From: Podarcis pityusensis
Lineage: Eukaryota
Length of the DNA: 64,000 nucleotides
Reading direction: 5' to 3' (one strand)
Assembly (NCBI GenBank): GCA_964106645.2
Contig: OZ067044.1
Positions within the stretch are counted from its first letter, which is position 1; each line of letters starts with the position of its first letter. Positions 1 through 13,809 of the stretch are shown piece by piece. The notes below the pieces were generated by a model. The model was not told the DNA's origin. It ran no database searches and saw only the letters and a program-made list of their open reading frames with translations. Made by a program: the position numbers and the translations under genes.

Positions 1-721
1 TCTTGCTCTTTTCCTGGCAAGCTAGTTAATTGTTGGGTGTTATTCATGATGGACCTATTTATAAGGATAATTGAGGGTCAAGCTATTGATTTCTTCTCCT
101 GTGTACCTTGGATGCCACATTTGTTGATGAATTTTTGTTTATGAGTGATTGGCCTTAGAAAGATTTAAAAGACAGAAGATATACAGCATTTTTATACTTC
201 TTATTGAAATAAAATGTTAGCTTTGTATTTTCCTGAAGGCAACAAATATTGATGCTAAAATAACTTTTGCCCGAATAATAGCCTTATTTATAAATCAATT
301 TTATTTGAATATTTAAATTTAAGTAAGTTTAGTTCCATCCTTGACAATTTGACCTCACTGAATTAAGAAGAGTAAACTGGCTAAGGTCTGAGTGCTGTGG
401 CTTAATTATTTTGTCAGTCCACCATTACTATGGTAATGAATTATTTTCATACCTAATGGGCCAATCCAAAACTTTGCTGCATCAGCAAAAAAAGTGCTTA
501 GAATGGGATGCACTGATTGCTGTGCCAGCTAATTTCATATTGCACGACTTATTGCAGTATTGCAGCTGTATTGTTCTGCATTTGTAAACAGAGACATTGC
601 AGCACCTGTTTAAAACTTGGGTGAAACATATTTATATCCAGTGAGTTCAGCTAGTTTAAAAAGGTGTGAACTCCAAATACTGAACTAAACTATTGTAACA
701 AGCCACTGCGGATCCATGCAG

Positions 722-1051
722 CAGTGGTGTAGCGTGGGTTGCCAGTGGCTGGGGCCATGCAGAGGGGAGTGGGTGGGAGGAAGGGAAATGGATGGAGTAC
801 GTATGTGCATTCAGTTGCCTAATGGCATCCGCGTCACCCAGGAGACCGCATCTGCTGAGATAAGAAAGAAGAGTTGTTCCATTGTCTGGAGACGTCACTT
901 ACTGGTTCATATGGGGAAGCCATTTTCAATGGAGTCTAGCAACAGAAGCACACAGCTGTATTGAGGCAGCACAGGGGGTTGACATTTTGTGCCCCCAACA
1001 ATTTTGTGCTCAGGGCAACCACCCGGGGGGGGGGGGCATGCTATGCCACTG
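722..1051. mobile_element. Non-autonomous hAT-type MITE
   Basis: Left end CAGTGGTGTAGCGTGGG, right end CATGCTATGCCACTG (imperfect TIR). Degenerate 8-bp TSD CCATGCAG (714-721) / CCCTGCAA (1052-1059). TIR resembles the element at 34217. Confidence 0.7.
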
Positions 1052-4000
1052 CCCTGCAAGGGAGGGGGAATTAGAGACTCAGGGGCCATTTGCTTAAGAT
1101 GATTTTTTTTTTTTTTAAAAAAAGAGTCTAGTAGTGCAATCTCATAGTTTTAGAACCAACTCCCATTAAGTTCAATGCTGCAATCCTATGCTCATTTAAT
1201 GATTTATGCATATGATTGCTCTATAAGAAAATGCTTGATAAAGGTTATAAAGTTATGAATAACATTTGACTGAGGAGACGGGCTAATTTATTCTCTCTGT
1301 TTAAGATTCATTCATTTTTAAGGATGATGATGATGATGATGATGATTTATTGAAAGAGAAAGGTAAAATTAGAACAAGAAACAGTTTTGGAAAATTGTTA
1401 TGACATGTGGAATAAAGCTATCAGGAATGAAAACACTGAAGTCCCCTGAAGCTGTTGCTTTTCTGGCTGGTGGATGGAGACAAGTTGGCCTACCTTTTGC
1501 AATGATGTGTTGGATGCTTGGTCTTCTGGTGGCAGAAGCTAGAATGCCCTTCTCCCAATCCCTGCATTTCCAGAGTTGAAGATGCTGGCCTGGACTCTGT
1601 GTCCCTTACATACTGACAGTTTTGAAGAAGTGGCACACAGAGGGGGTTTTTATGTGCCAGACTTTTGGATGCCTTGAAATGATTTTCTCACCCCCTACCA
1701 AATTACTCATTCTCACCTGCTGAATCTTAGCCATGTGAATTATAAAGCACAGTGACTTACACTCAGCTTCTCTGTGGGATAGATCCTCTCCGGTCACAAA
1801 AGAAGTTTGACTGCAGCAGGAGAGATATATTAAAGTTACTTCTTTTGCATTTCCAGACAGTAAATACAGTGATGCATGGAGGAAAATGAAGTGTAATTGG
1901 TGTTAGAAAACTAGTTGCCATCATAACATGCAAGGCTACCTGGTTTGCTAATTTTATGTCTCTCAGTATTTTATGTCTATAGTGATGAGTAATTATCCAT
2001 TTAACAACAATTCGTCTTCAAAGCTGTTACAGCACATAATTAAAATCAACTTTTTTTTTTACAGACCCATCACATAGAAAAGGAATGAAATTGGAATTTT
2101 CTCCTCCTGTGAAATTTATACTGGACACCCAGCACTTTAATATAATGCCTATTCCCTGGTGGGGATGGTATTCAATAAATTTATTCCATTAGCACAATAA
2201 TTTTTGGCTGTGAAATGGAGCTTCTCCTCCCTGCATGAGACCTGCACACACACACAAACCCTAAATCTAGGCTGAGTTTTCTATCAACCCTCTAGAAGGT
2301 TTATGAGGGTTCAGGACACAGGTAGGGAGAGGAGAGGGGTGGAGTTCTGTTGTGTGAAATCCTTGCATTAATGGAAGGAGGGCATTGAGTAGAACCCCAC
2401 TGCATTATGGGATGCAAGTCAAATGAAATAGTGGGCACAGAATAGGTTGTAGAAAAATAAGGTTGGTAATAGCTAGGGATGTGGGGAAAATTTGATTTTC
2501 TTTATATTTTAATGCAAAATGACAAAATTTGCACTTCTTCAACCAACATGCAAACCCAACTGTTGCTATCATTTGAAATTCAGTTGTCTCTAACCTATGC
2601 ATATTTTGGGGGAAAGGGCACAAGAATAAAAATGCATATATTAATAAAAATAGCATACATATTGCATTATTTTAGGGGAAATTGCTTGAAGAATGTGCAT
2701 ATTAGTCAGAACATTATACAAAAATGTGTTTATTTTATTTAATAAAAAATTTATACAGCTTGACTGTAAAAATCTCCAGAATGCTTTACAAAAGGAAGAA
2801 AGTACATAATAAATTGGCACTGAAGTGCTGCTGATTTCTTTAAAAAAATAATCCTAAATTGCTCTGGAATTGTGGAATTTAAAATGTGATTTTAAAGTTG
2901 AGCTTCCCCTACATCCCTTCCAATCTTGATTGACACACCTGGGTTTGCTCCAGCTGAACAGCTGTGTCTCTCCACTTGATGAGGCACATGATCCTCACCT
3001 GCCCTGAAGTTAATCCAACTGAGTGACAACAAAGCTCCTCCCAGACCTAACAAGCCCTGTGGTCTACACCTGGTCAACTAGTAAGCTGGGATGTGTTCCC
3101 TTGCCTGCCCCACGCTCCTGGAGTGCACTTCTCACTGTTCCAGATGCCTCAGAGCCTGCTGTGTTTGCAGAGACTGGGTCATGTCTGATTCTGGTGATGT
3201 GTCCTCTTCTCCTGGCTCCTGTGATCTGTCAGCTACCCCTTCAACATCCTCTGATGCCCTGTGAGTACGTCTTAAGTCCCCAACCTTGCCTTCCCCATCT
3301 TCAGCTTGTACCAATAGTGGCTACACCCTTTGCCGAGATCCTCTTCCCTTTCCTTGGTGTTATGCAAGTTTGTGACATTTGGGGACCCTTCTGCTCATTC
3401 AGCTAAGTGGGGCCCTCAGTGTCTGCCCCCCCAAGTCCTGCACTGGAGGACTTTGCATTGAATACGGCTAAAGGCAGAAGAAAAAATGCAAATAGATCTG
3501 TAGACTGAAATGAACTTTTTATGGCAGGAACTGACTGTTATCTAACTACTGATAGGCAAATGACATGAAAACAGCAATGATTCAGGGTTAGGTCCTTTGC
3601 ATTTGGAGTGTTGTTTATTCATAGGCATAGTTCTTAATAAATAAGTTGTGTTAACTATTTTCAAACTATAAAATAAAGAAATATTGGCTATCTTCTTTTA
3701 ACGAGAATGATTACCCATCTGCTCCTCTTCATCCATGGTTGGGAACTGTGTCCATTAGACTAAAGAAAAATTATGATCCAAATTTCTTCCCACCTCCAAA
3801 GTGTATGTAGACTGTTCTGTGCACATAACAGCTTAATGTTTCACAGAACATTCCCTCAACAGAATTTAGTATTGCTGGTGTGTCTAAATATTACTGCTGA
3901 GAGGCACAAAGTAACAAACATTTACACAAAACAACCCACATACTGTTAATTGCACCATTGCCACTTTATAAACCACCTCGGGGAGTGCTGTATTCTATAA

Positions 4001-6427
4001 ACACCATTTCTGCAATGATCTTAAGTAACAAACTGTTTTACTTGGAAAGAACTGGGGGAGATGCAGTGCAAAGGCATCCTTACCTTGTTAATTGTACTGT
4101 AGCTACTTTAAAGTCTGCCTCAGAGAGTGTCCATTACTTTAAATACCACTACTTCAATGATTCAAGCTTTTTCCTTTCAGCTATACTCAATTGTCACTTT
4201 AAAACTTTTTCAAAATCATTATTTGGACTATATGCATAATTTTTTATTTTTTTTTAAACAGTAATATTCAATAAATAATATACAGCAGGGACATAAGCTC
4301 TTATGCTAGATATTGTTTCAATATAGTATTGCTCTGGTCTATCTTGGCAGCTGCATAATAGTCCCTTAACCCCGCCCCCCGTTCTGCTTAGGAAATGTTA
4401 AAAAGTGTTCTGTTAGAGCATTTTTAAAAGACTTTTAAGTATAAAATTAATTGATCAATTCTTAACTGATATGGGCATGAAATCCTATGCTTACTAGGTC
4501 TCACTGAGTTTGATAAAGCTTATTTCCTGATAACTGTGTCCAGGACTGTAGTCTAAGAGTGCTAAAATAAAACTGTTATACAAATGACTGCTGGTCTGGA
4601 CAAAACCACCAATAAAAGACCAGGTAGAAACAGCACATGTTATCAACAGTCTATTTGTCAAAATATTTAACAACAGTCCTATTGAGATTTGAAGCTGTTG
4701 ATCTCCATTAGCTACATCACTGCAATTATTCCAATAAACAACTGTCGAGGGTGCCTTCAGGCCCAAATTCAGCTCTTTGTAAGCTATGAATTATTCCTCT
4801 GTGGTCTTTAATGGCAAGGCATTGTTCAGGCTTCCGGCAACAATAATTGATGCTAACTAGGGCTCAGTATACACTCTTGTGACTTTAGCAGCTTCTGTTG
4901 TACCTCTAAACTAATCTCACCTAAGCCACACATAACTCAAAAAACCAAGCTTGATGTTTTGTTGGCTTTCATTGATGGAATTCATCCATAATTAAATTTG
5001 CCATCAATATGAGAACCACAGAGGAGTGAAGGAAGGGAAAGTTTGAGCTGCTTAAAGAGATCAGCAGTTTTTGCTTCATAGTTAGTACCATCTCTTGTGT
5101 AAAAGCCACTATAATGGAGGGGTAGGACACATGGAGATTTAGCATGGTTTTGTGTGAGGCCCATTCATTTTAATGGAATCTGTTCAGGAGAATTTTAGGT
5201 AAGGTGTGCTCAGTGTTTGTTAGGGACTAGCTCAAAGGCGTACTTTCTAACTAGGTTAAAACTTTTGGGCCTCTAAACACTTTCATTGTGAGAAATATTT
5301 ACGGAGCAAGGAGGAAAGCATTTAGTCTCAAATATGAAACATAACGAGTTCTAGATTGCAAGCATTGCCAGGTAACCTTAGATGTTGCTGACAGCAAAAC
5401 AAATGATTGAAGTGTCCCTCTAATATAGAAGTTCTCAAATGTTTTTCTCTGGGCCACACTTTCAGAATAAAAATTTGCTCATGCTACTCTGAAGTTGTGC
5501 TATATGTTATTAATCAAGCACTGCTAGTTGTTTCTTTTTGTTTTTCAATGTATTTCTTATCAATAAAAACAAAAAGAAACAACAACTAGCAATACTTGAT
5601 TTATAACATATAGTACAACCTTTATAATAAGATAATGGGACACCCAGAAAGTATAAAACAATGCAGTTACATAAGAACACGAATTATTCCCAAAATATAA
5701 TTATAAACAAGCCTCTTACACATGTACCTTAAGCATGTATACAAACTTGATGAAAGGTGTGAGCTTGCTTTTGCCAGGTAATCTCATTCACCGTATACTA
5801 GATCTGATCTGAGACAAACAAGCTCTCATCACCTCATCAACACAAAGAAGTCGCTCTTTTCTGATCTTTCATAGTTGTCAGATTTGAAAATCCCTGTTCA
5901 CAACAATATGTTGTAGAGAACTGCAGAAGAATAACCATGCTCTTGAAGAGAGGTGTGGATGCTGTTTCTAGTTGCAGATCTGTCTACCTATTGATACTCT
6001 ACTATGCTGAAATGTTTACATGTTTCTTTGACTGTCCTTGTCCCACCACACTTGCCATCTTCTCCTGCTGAACCAGTGTGGTGTGCCACACCCTTTGAGA
6101 ACCACTGCTCTAACAGAATGCAAAAAACTATTTGCATATGGGTTCCCACTGTGCAGCATCCATTGTTGATTTATGCAGTAAGTGGAGTAGAACAGTATAT
6201 TAGGGTTTGACTAGGATAAATTGTCACTTTTAGTTGTTTGTGCTACAGTACTTGAAGGAACATCAGACGGACTTACATTCTGTTGCACTGAGCGTGAAAT
6301 ATATCCATAACTACACCATGTTGAGCCAGTAAGGAACTTTTGTGATATTTTAAAATTTGGTAGAGTTGATGTAAAAAATCCTGTCTTCACATTTAGTGAA
6401 TTATATATCTGGCAGTATAATAGAGTA

Positions 6428-6913
6428 AGGTCCGTATAGTTAAAGCCATGGTTTTCCCAGTAGTGATGTATGGAAGTGAGAGCTGGACCCCAAAGAAGGC
6501 TGATTGCTGAAGAATTGATGCTTTTGAATTATGGTGCTGGAGGAGACTCTTGAGAGTCCCATGGACTGCAAGAAGATCAAACCTATCCATTCTTAAGGAA
6601 ATCAGTCCTGAGTGCTCACTGGAAGGACAGATCATGAAGCTTTATATACTTTATACTTACTTACTTACTTACAATACTTTAGCCACCTCATGAGAAGAGA
6701 AGACTCCCTGGAAAAGACCCTGATGTTGGGAAAGATGGAGGGCACAAGAAGAAGGGGACGACAGAGGATGGGATGGTTGGACAGTGTTCTTGAAGCTACG
6801 AACATGAGTTTGACCAAACTGCGGGAGGCAGTGGAAGACAGGAGTGCCTGGCGTGCTCTGGTCCATGGGGTCACGAAGAGTCGAACACAACTAAACGACT
6901 AAACAACAACAAC
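6428..6913 (+). mobile_element. BovB (RTE-clade LINE), 5'-truncated 3' fragment
   Basis: Translates to BovB C-terminus (HLMRREDSLEKTLMLGKMEGTRRRGRQR...WRALVHGVTKSRTQLND). (CAA)n tail. Exact 11-bp TSD ATAATAGAGTA at 6417-6427 and 6914-6924. Confidence 0.95.
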
Positions 6914-7367
6914 ATAATAGAGTATTTTAAGGCAGTCAATTTCAAATGACTAATTTAGCCAACATGATTTTTGAATTCTATAATGGGTCTTCTCCCAAAC
7001 ATTGACAACTGTGCTGTTGATGACCAGGGGTGCTTCCAGAAAACCTCTGTTGAGAATTTCATCCTGATTTATTTGTCTAAACTCCCCTCAAACTTTGTGC
7101 AAATTCCACTGTTCATTGAGCATTAACTTTGATTTGTTTATGGGGAAATCATACAATGTTGCATCAAGCCTTTTTAAATCACATACCTTTTCATTTTTCC
7201 ATCACTTTCCTTGCTGCAAAGGGTCCTCTCTTTTGTTGGAAGCTTTTTTTAAATGCTAGAGCACCAAATCCACTTAAGTTAGAAAACCTGAATTTGAAAC
7301 TATGCACTTGAAACCCTCCTGCAAAATAGTGATAGTCTTAAAGTGTCCCTCGTTGAAGTAGGGGACT

Positions 7368-7566
7368 CAGGGCTAGTCCAAGTCATTTTGGCCCCTGAGG
7401 AGACCTCAAAATGGCACTTTCCTCCCCACCAGGGAAAAAGTGGGGAGGGAAGCTCTATATCAGGAACAAGAGGGGAAGAAAGATTGACATCAGGATCTGC
7501 TGCACCAGTGAATCCTGCCACCTGAGACAATCTTCTCACCTTACCTCATGGGGTGGGCCAGCCCTG
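7368..7566. mobile_element. hAT-type MITE
   Basis: TIR CAGGGCTAGTCC / GGGCCAGCCCTG (10/12). TSD AGGGGACT / AGGAGATT (6/8). Confidence 0.65.
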
Positions 7567-9701
7567 AGGAGATTAGACTGATGACCTGTGTTGATTGTGG
7601 AGGGGGCTTAGGGAGGTGGTGCATAGGTTTTTCTTCACTACCCTCCATCAGCAGAGAGAAGCACCAGCGCTGGTGTATGTGGGGGTGTGCATTGCAGTTG
7701 AAACCCCTAGCTTCACCTAGGTGGGTAGTAAGCTGCTATTGATGGTTCTATTACCAGCAGTAGAGCATAAAGTGTTTTTGGACAGTGTGTCAGGGACCTT
7801 GGATCTGCTGGATCCTACCTGGGAATAAGCCTCACAGAACTCAGACATGAGGACTCAAGCATATTGGTTGTAATGCATAGCTGAATGCCACCTTCTACAG
7901 TTCCCTTTCACCGCCTCATCATCACACAATCCCCTGATTTATAGTGGACCTGAGATGGCTGAAATGCAAAGGGAAACAGGGAAGACAATATGTGCTCCAT
8001 CTGAATTCACTGCTCATCTGTATTTATTGGACTTGGAGGCTTCTGCCATGAATACACAGTGCTTGTGAGGATGTGCCTGAAGATGACTGGGCACTGAAAG
8101 CTTATTCATCCTGTAAATCATTCTTCTTCAACATTGTGTTTTGCATTACAACTTCATTCAGTCTCAGTGAAAGAGTTATAGTGAAAACATCTGGAGGGCA
8201 CCAGGTTGGGAAAGGTTGCTGTAAATGAAAGCAACCAGGAGAAGTGGGAGCCTTTGCTGACTGAGGTGATCAGTGCATGAATGTTGGTTTCAAGTGCACT
8301 CCTCCTCAGAAAAGGTACCAAGGGATGCATATTCCCAAAATCAATTATCCAGTTCTAACATTCACCTTTTGCCATTATAAAAGCTAGGCAGTAGAAGCAA
8401 TTTCATTAAATATGACTATCATTGTTGGCTATTTATATCAAACTATTTTTTGATGTTCCTTTAAATGTATTGACTCCATAGCCTGTTGATTGGTCAGTTT
8501 TATTAGCATGTAAAATAGCATGGAAACTCTCCACTCCCTAAGCTTGCTAGGATTTATTTTAAAATAGTAATGTATTATTATGTAACTGCAATCTCCCTTA
8601 AACATAACATGCTTTAAACATTTTATAAATTGGAAACTAATCAGGGGGAAATGTTATAGCCGTTACTCTCGCCAGAAAAGAAAATGGAAACCAATTTAAA
8701 TAACGTGAGAAGATTCACTTACCCATAAAAAAATTGGCTCTTTCATTTGTAACAGTACACATATAATTGTTATTAGGTTGTAGTTTGCTACTCTGGTGCT
8801 ACATTTTAACAGTCGGTGGGTCATGTTCATCCTTTGAAATCAAATTAATAGATCAAGCATGATATGATGTAAAAAAATCCACACTATAAGAATCATTCTG
8901 ATTTGTTTAGATGGAATGCAGGAGACAGATACCACTAAAATCAAAAAGTTTTAGCAGTATGACATCAAGTAACCTTTATACAGTGCAGACACAAATTCTT
9001 CCAATTGACTTTAACTCAATTCAACACAGCATTAGGTATATTTAAGGTGAAACAAACACCACCACTGTGATGTTCAAAATACAATGGCAGAAATGGTCAA
9101 TGTTTATTTTGAAATAAATATCTGAAATAAGTATCTGACTCATTGATCCTATCATACTATCAGGGTCATAGAAACAGTGAGTCTATACCACATATCTAGC
9201 CTAATCATATAGTAAAGAGAAATACATGTCTAAACTTTCCGTAAAGCACTTTGACTCAGAAAATAATATTATTTCACTGCATGTCTCCTCAAACAATATG
9301 GATGTATTTCCCCTAATGTTTAAACTTAAACCAAACTTCCTCTAGTTTGCTTATTCCCCTACATTCAGTAGCAATAATCCCTCATTTTCCTTCAAGCATC
9401 ATTTTAATAGTTGAAAACAGGCAACATGAAGAACAGACTAATAAACTGACTTGCATTTTTCAGTTCCTTTGGTGTGCTCAAATTGTCCTAAGAATGCTTC
9501 AATATGTGTTCAGACTACGGACAGCAAAACTCCTTAGCTTCTGATACAGAAACAGCCCAGATGGGCCTACTGTGTTATTTTTCTGCTTGCTGTGTGAAAA
9601 TAATCTTATAGCTCCTATTTGGGTCTATCAAAGTTAGCCTTAGCTTGCTCTTTAACTGCTCTGAATCCCCCACTGTTTTGCTGCCTAATATTTCCTATGG
9701 G

Positions 9702-9810
9702 CACAGCTTTTTTCCAGCACCTCTCAGGTGGGCTCCATTGCCATTCTAAGAGAACAGGAGAGGTGTTCATGGTGAATTCTGGCACCTCTTTTTCTAGAAA
9801 AATAGCACTG
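9702..9810. mobile_element. Short hAT-type MITE
   Basis: Ends CACAGCTTTTTTCC and AGAAAAATAGCACTG. TSD CCTATGGG / CTTATGGG (7/8). Shares CTGGCACC and the right end with 14723-14781. Confidence 0.65.
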
Positions 9811-12338
9811 CTTATGGGACAGTTTACTAAACTACTAGATAATTATAAATGCTATTAGACTGCCCACTATTTGGGTAACTTTGATAGGAGAGGAGGTGCA
9901 GCCTATGAGATTATGAGCAGTATCAGTTTTTCCTTGGATAGAAGGGGTGAGGTTGTCATGTGTCCTGGAAACCATAAAAGTCTTTGCAGGATAAGACTCT
10001 GGAGATGCTGCTACATTTATCTTCAGAAATGTGGAGAAATAGAAGAGGAAATCACACTTCCTTGGTTCCTCTGCAGTTTACCAACATTAGTCTAACAATC
10101 CCTTATATTTTGACCCTACCTTATTCATCACTCTGTTGGCAAACATTAATGGAGGAAGGGAGGACAAAGATAAACACTGGATTTTGGCTTATATAATATT
10201 TGTTCTGGAGAATATCCAAACAAATAGTAGGAGGGATTGGCATAAATACAGTGGCTGCTTTTAACGAGTTCCAGAGACTGCATTTATAGTTAGTGGTTTC
10301 CAGGATCAATAGCTTCTGGCATTCAAATCAATACAACTTAACAATAAACTGCAGTACTGAACATCACACGGTGTAATTTGGCTCTCCCATCTGATGACAG
10401 AAACCATTATAGCAGATGAAAGAACACTTTTAACAGAAGGACCCTGGAACTAGCAGTGATTAGCAAATTTCACATTAAACTAAGACTAAACTGTTGGGAG
10501 TTTTCATTTTTTTAAAAACCACATTCAAATTTCTTTGTGTTCTCAGCTTGTCAGCAAAAGAATGCTCTCAAAAACATTGTGTGGTGCATAACTTATGGCA
10601 GATGTATCCATGTAATTACAGAAGAAAAGAATACAGTGGCGGGAAAAAGACTGACTTCAATAAGACCTTCTGGAAGTCAGAATTCCCAATCAAGTCAGAA
10701 CTGCATTTCGTATGGTGACATGAGGAGCTATAATAATTCAAAGCATTTGGATTTTATTGTATAACTGTTCAATATAGGGAAAAGATCACTTTAAAATGTC
10801 AGCGGTTAATTCATGTGCTGACGTTCTGAGTTAGCCTGGAATGCAGCCACTTTAACTTAATATGCAATGGGGGAGGGGAGTACTGTTCTTACTTTGGAAA
10901 ATGGTGTTCTAAAGTTGAGGCCATATCCACATCCCTCGTTGCATCAGCACAAGGATTTCTGCTTGCATAACAAGAATTTTCCTTCTCTTCTCCCTGCTGT
11001 GCAGCCTCGCTTTCCCCAACCTGCTAGATCTGCAAGAACAAATTTAGGCAACACATGGCCGTGCCGGGCAGGGAAGGTCCTTAGCTGATGGGATGGTTGC
11101 TTTGTGCTACGTGTACTAGCCTTAAAATTGGTTCCTTCTTCCAGAACAGAAGATAGATTTTCCTGGAATGATATATGCCTAGGAAAGGCCTATAAGTCTT
11201 TGGGTGAATGACAGGTTTATATCAGGCACTCAGGCCCAAGGCTTAAGTGACTCAGTAGATTACAGGTCCAAGGCTGGCTTTAGTGGGTTGCAATGTCACT
11301 GAAACGTTGAAATTCCACAGTGTATTTGGCACACTCCTACACACCTGTATTCTGAACCAGGTGCCTAAAGTTTATTTCCAGTTCTGTCTGTAATCTATTT
11401 CAAAGAAGTATTCCTGCCCAGCTACAACTCTTCTCTTCCATGCTTTCCCTCATAAACATTTACTCAGCTGACTGTTGGCTAGGGCTGCTATAACATTAGC
11501 AGGATAGGAATAAGGTCTCAGTCCATCTCTTCCTCCAGGTGCTGCCTAGAGTGGTCCGGAGGGACACATTTGACCTCTAGGCTTGAGGGTCCCCACCCAT
11601 GCACTACAACTATCATAACAGGAGTTCTTGGTAGCCTCCCTCAGGAACAATTTTCTCAGACTGAGACGCCATCTGCACTATATATTTAAAGCACTCTTTT
11701 TTTATATATAATATATTTATTGAAATTTTCAAAGTGTTACCAGATAAAATAAAAGCAGTAGAAAATACAAAATAAAAATAATTAACAAAGTAGAGAAAGA
11801 AAAAAAACAAACCCCTTCCAACCATATGAATACAAATTCAAAAGTAAGAAAAGGTGACAAAAAGAAAAAAAATACAAAAATACATCACACACAATTAAAA
11901 AACATTTAAAAACAAATTCATTATTCTCATATCCTCAACTGTCATTACCTTCTTTCTTTGACCTCCTCCTCCTCCCTTTCTTTGTATCCTAGTTATTAAT
12001 TATCCCAGCAAATCCTTTCCATATTTCATAATATTCTGTCATTACATTACCTTAAACTGTTTTAATCTTATCTTTCTATAATAAAATAAACCTTAAAGCT
12101 TAAAACTTAAATCTTATCCTTACCAACTTCTCATAACCATAATATTCTTTCATAATTCTTTAAACATCTTTACTAAAGCCAAGTAGTTTCATTCCAACAT
12201 TTTTCTAACATTCATCAATTTTATAAAACAGTTCTAATGGTAGAAAAAAGAAATACAAACAAATCCAATCTTCATCCAACGTCCCTTCCTCCTGGTTCCG
12301 GGTTTTGTCAGTCCTTATTATCCCGTCGATCTAGCCCA

Positions 12339-12959
12339 TTAACCTGGCAGCCTTATATCCGAGGCCCTCAAGTCTCTTCCATGTCCCTTCCGCAGCTCTT
12401 CTTCATATTTGTAACTGTATTTTCCCTTGTCTCCTGCTCGTGGTAACTCCAGCTTGGCAATATTTTTAACCCTTCTCGATAGATCAGCCCCTTTTCCAGA
12501 TTCAACACTGAGTTCCATATGGTATTTAAAAGCATGTTTCAAAGACCCTCCAAAATTAAGAGCCCCCACAATCCCAAACATCTCACGGCCCATTGCCAGA
12601 TTTGAAAAGTCCAAACATCCCAGCATAGGGGGGTCAATCCAGCCCCCCATTTCCAAGCCAAACCAAACTTTTTCTTTCCAAATCTGGTTTTTTCCAAGTT
12701 CATTTGTCAAATCCGAAAATTCATATTCCTGTTGGGCCTGTTCTGTCAGGACACACTCCTGATTTAATTCCTGGGTGGGCTCCACATATTTTCCCACTGT
12801 CTGTTCAAAATTTCCCACTGCCTGTTCAAAATTTCTAGTCGAAGTCGCCATCCAATTCACCTTTTCATGTAATTGTTCCAGTAGGGCATTTGTTTTATAG
12901 AAAGCACACAACAAAGCTTCTGAATACATTGTCCTGCAAGGTCGAATGCCTGTTCCCAT
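12339..12959 (-). CDS. 206-aa ORF of the L1-like retroposon; coiled-coil-like N-terminus, function unknown (possibly ORF1p-derived)
   Basis: Uninterrupted ATG-to-TAA ORF in the element's sense orientation, at the position ORF1 would occupy. Heptad-like stretch LEQLHEKV...NFEQAVG-NFEQTVG is encoded by a 21-bp tandem repeat at about 12791-12834. Confidence 0.5.
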   Translation of the reverse strand: MGTGIRPCRTMYSEALLCAFYKTNALLEQLHEKVNWMATSTRNFEQAVGNFEQTVGKYVEPTQELNQECVLTEQAQQEYEFSDLTNELGKNQIWKEKVWFGLEMGGWIDPPMLGCLDFSNLAMGREMFGIVGALNFGGSLKHAFKYHMELSVESGKGADLSRRVKNIAKLELPRAGDKGKYSYKYEEELRKGHGRDLRASDIRLPG

Positions 12960-13809
12960 GATTGTTATCTGTAACAGCTGCCGGCTCTCTGGAGTTGGTA
13001 ACAGTTACACAGTCTCCCTCTAGGGGGAAAACTTCTGTTTGTTCTTGCAACAAAGTTTCCCTTTTTGAGATACTTTGTCAATATTTGTTGCTTAAAGATG
13101 CGAAGGGAAGCAGTGGAATCGCTATGTTTCTCTTCTTTTAGCTATCTGTCAAAATGCTTGTCTCTGGTCAATGAACTTCAAACGTCAGTCCTGACACCCC
13201 GCTCCAGGATCAGGACGGAGGAAAGTTACTTTACTTTATACTCACTTTAAACAGTCCGGAAAAGATCCCCCTCCTTCTCCTGCTGTCGAAGGGGGGTTCT
13301 ACAATTTTAAATGATGAAATCCAATCCTTTAAAGGCGATTTTCTAAGCTCTAGTTTACGTTGTCTTTGCTTTATTCTGTCTACCAAAGAACAGAAGGCTG
13401 ACTTCCTGTTTAGACCTTCCCGTTCCGTACCAAATTAAAAAAGGTTTTTAAAATCCAATTCCTTTCTGCTCTCAAGTCCTTATCTAATGTCCAGTTGTTC
13501 AAAGTCTTAAGTACTCACGGGTGCTTATTTTAGAGTCCAAATTGTCCCAGGAAAAAGGCAGCGCTCTCCGGCAACGGCTGTGCGGCTTCGCTCCACGGAA
13601 ATAGCAATTGACTCACAGCACCGCGCCACTTCCCCCTCTTCACTTTGGAGCCCGTTAGTGGGTTCCTTAGCGAGTTGGGGGGGCGCTAAAGGTGCCCGCC
13701 GAGTCCCATGGTCACAGGCTTCATCCGCCTGTGATTTTTAAAAGGGTCCCCGCTTTGCCGTAGCGAAAAAGACCCGTTTCCCACGGAGCTAGTCCCTCCT
13801 GTTCAGAGG

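Noticed and set aside
2050-2170. Host exon after the T-tract/ACAG acceptor at about 2064
   Set aside because: Two frames stop quickly, the third gives no recognisable peptide, and no convincing donor follows.
2900-3440. Possible old solo LTR or the 127-aa ORF at 3023-3406
   Set aside because: Composition is suggestive, but I could not define termini, a TSD or a protein motif.
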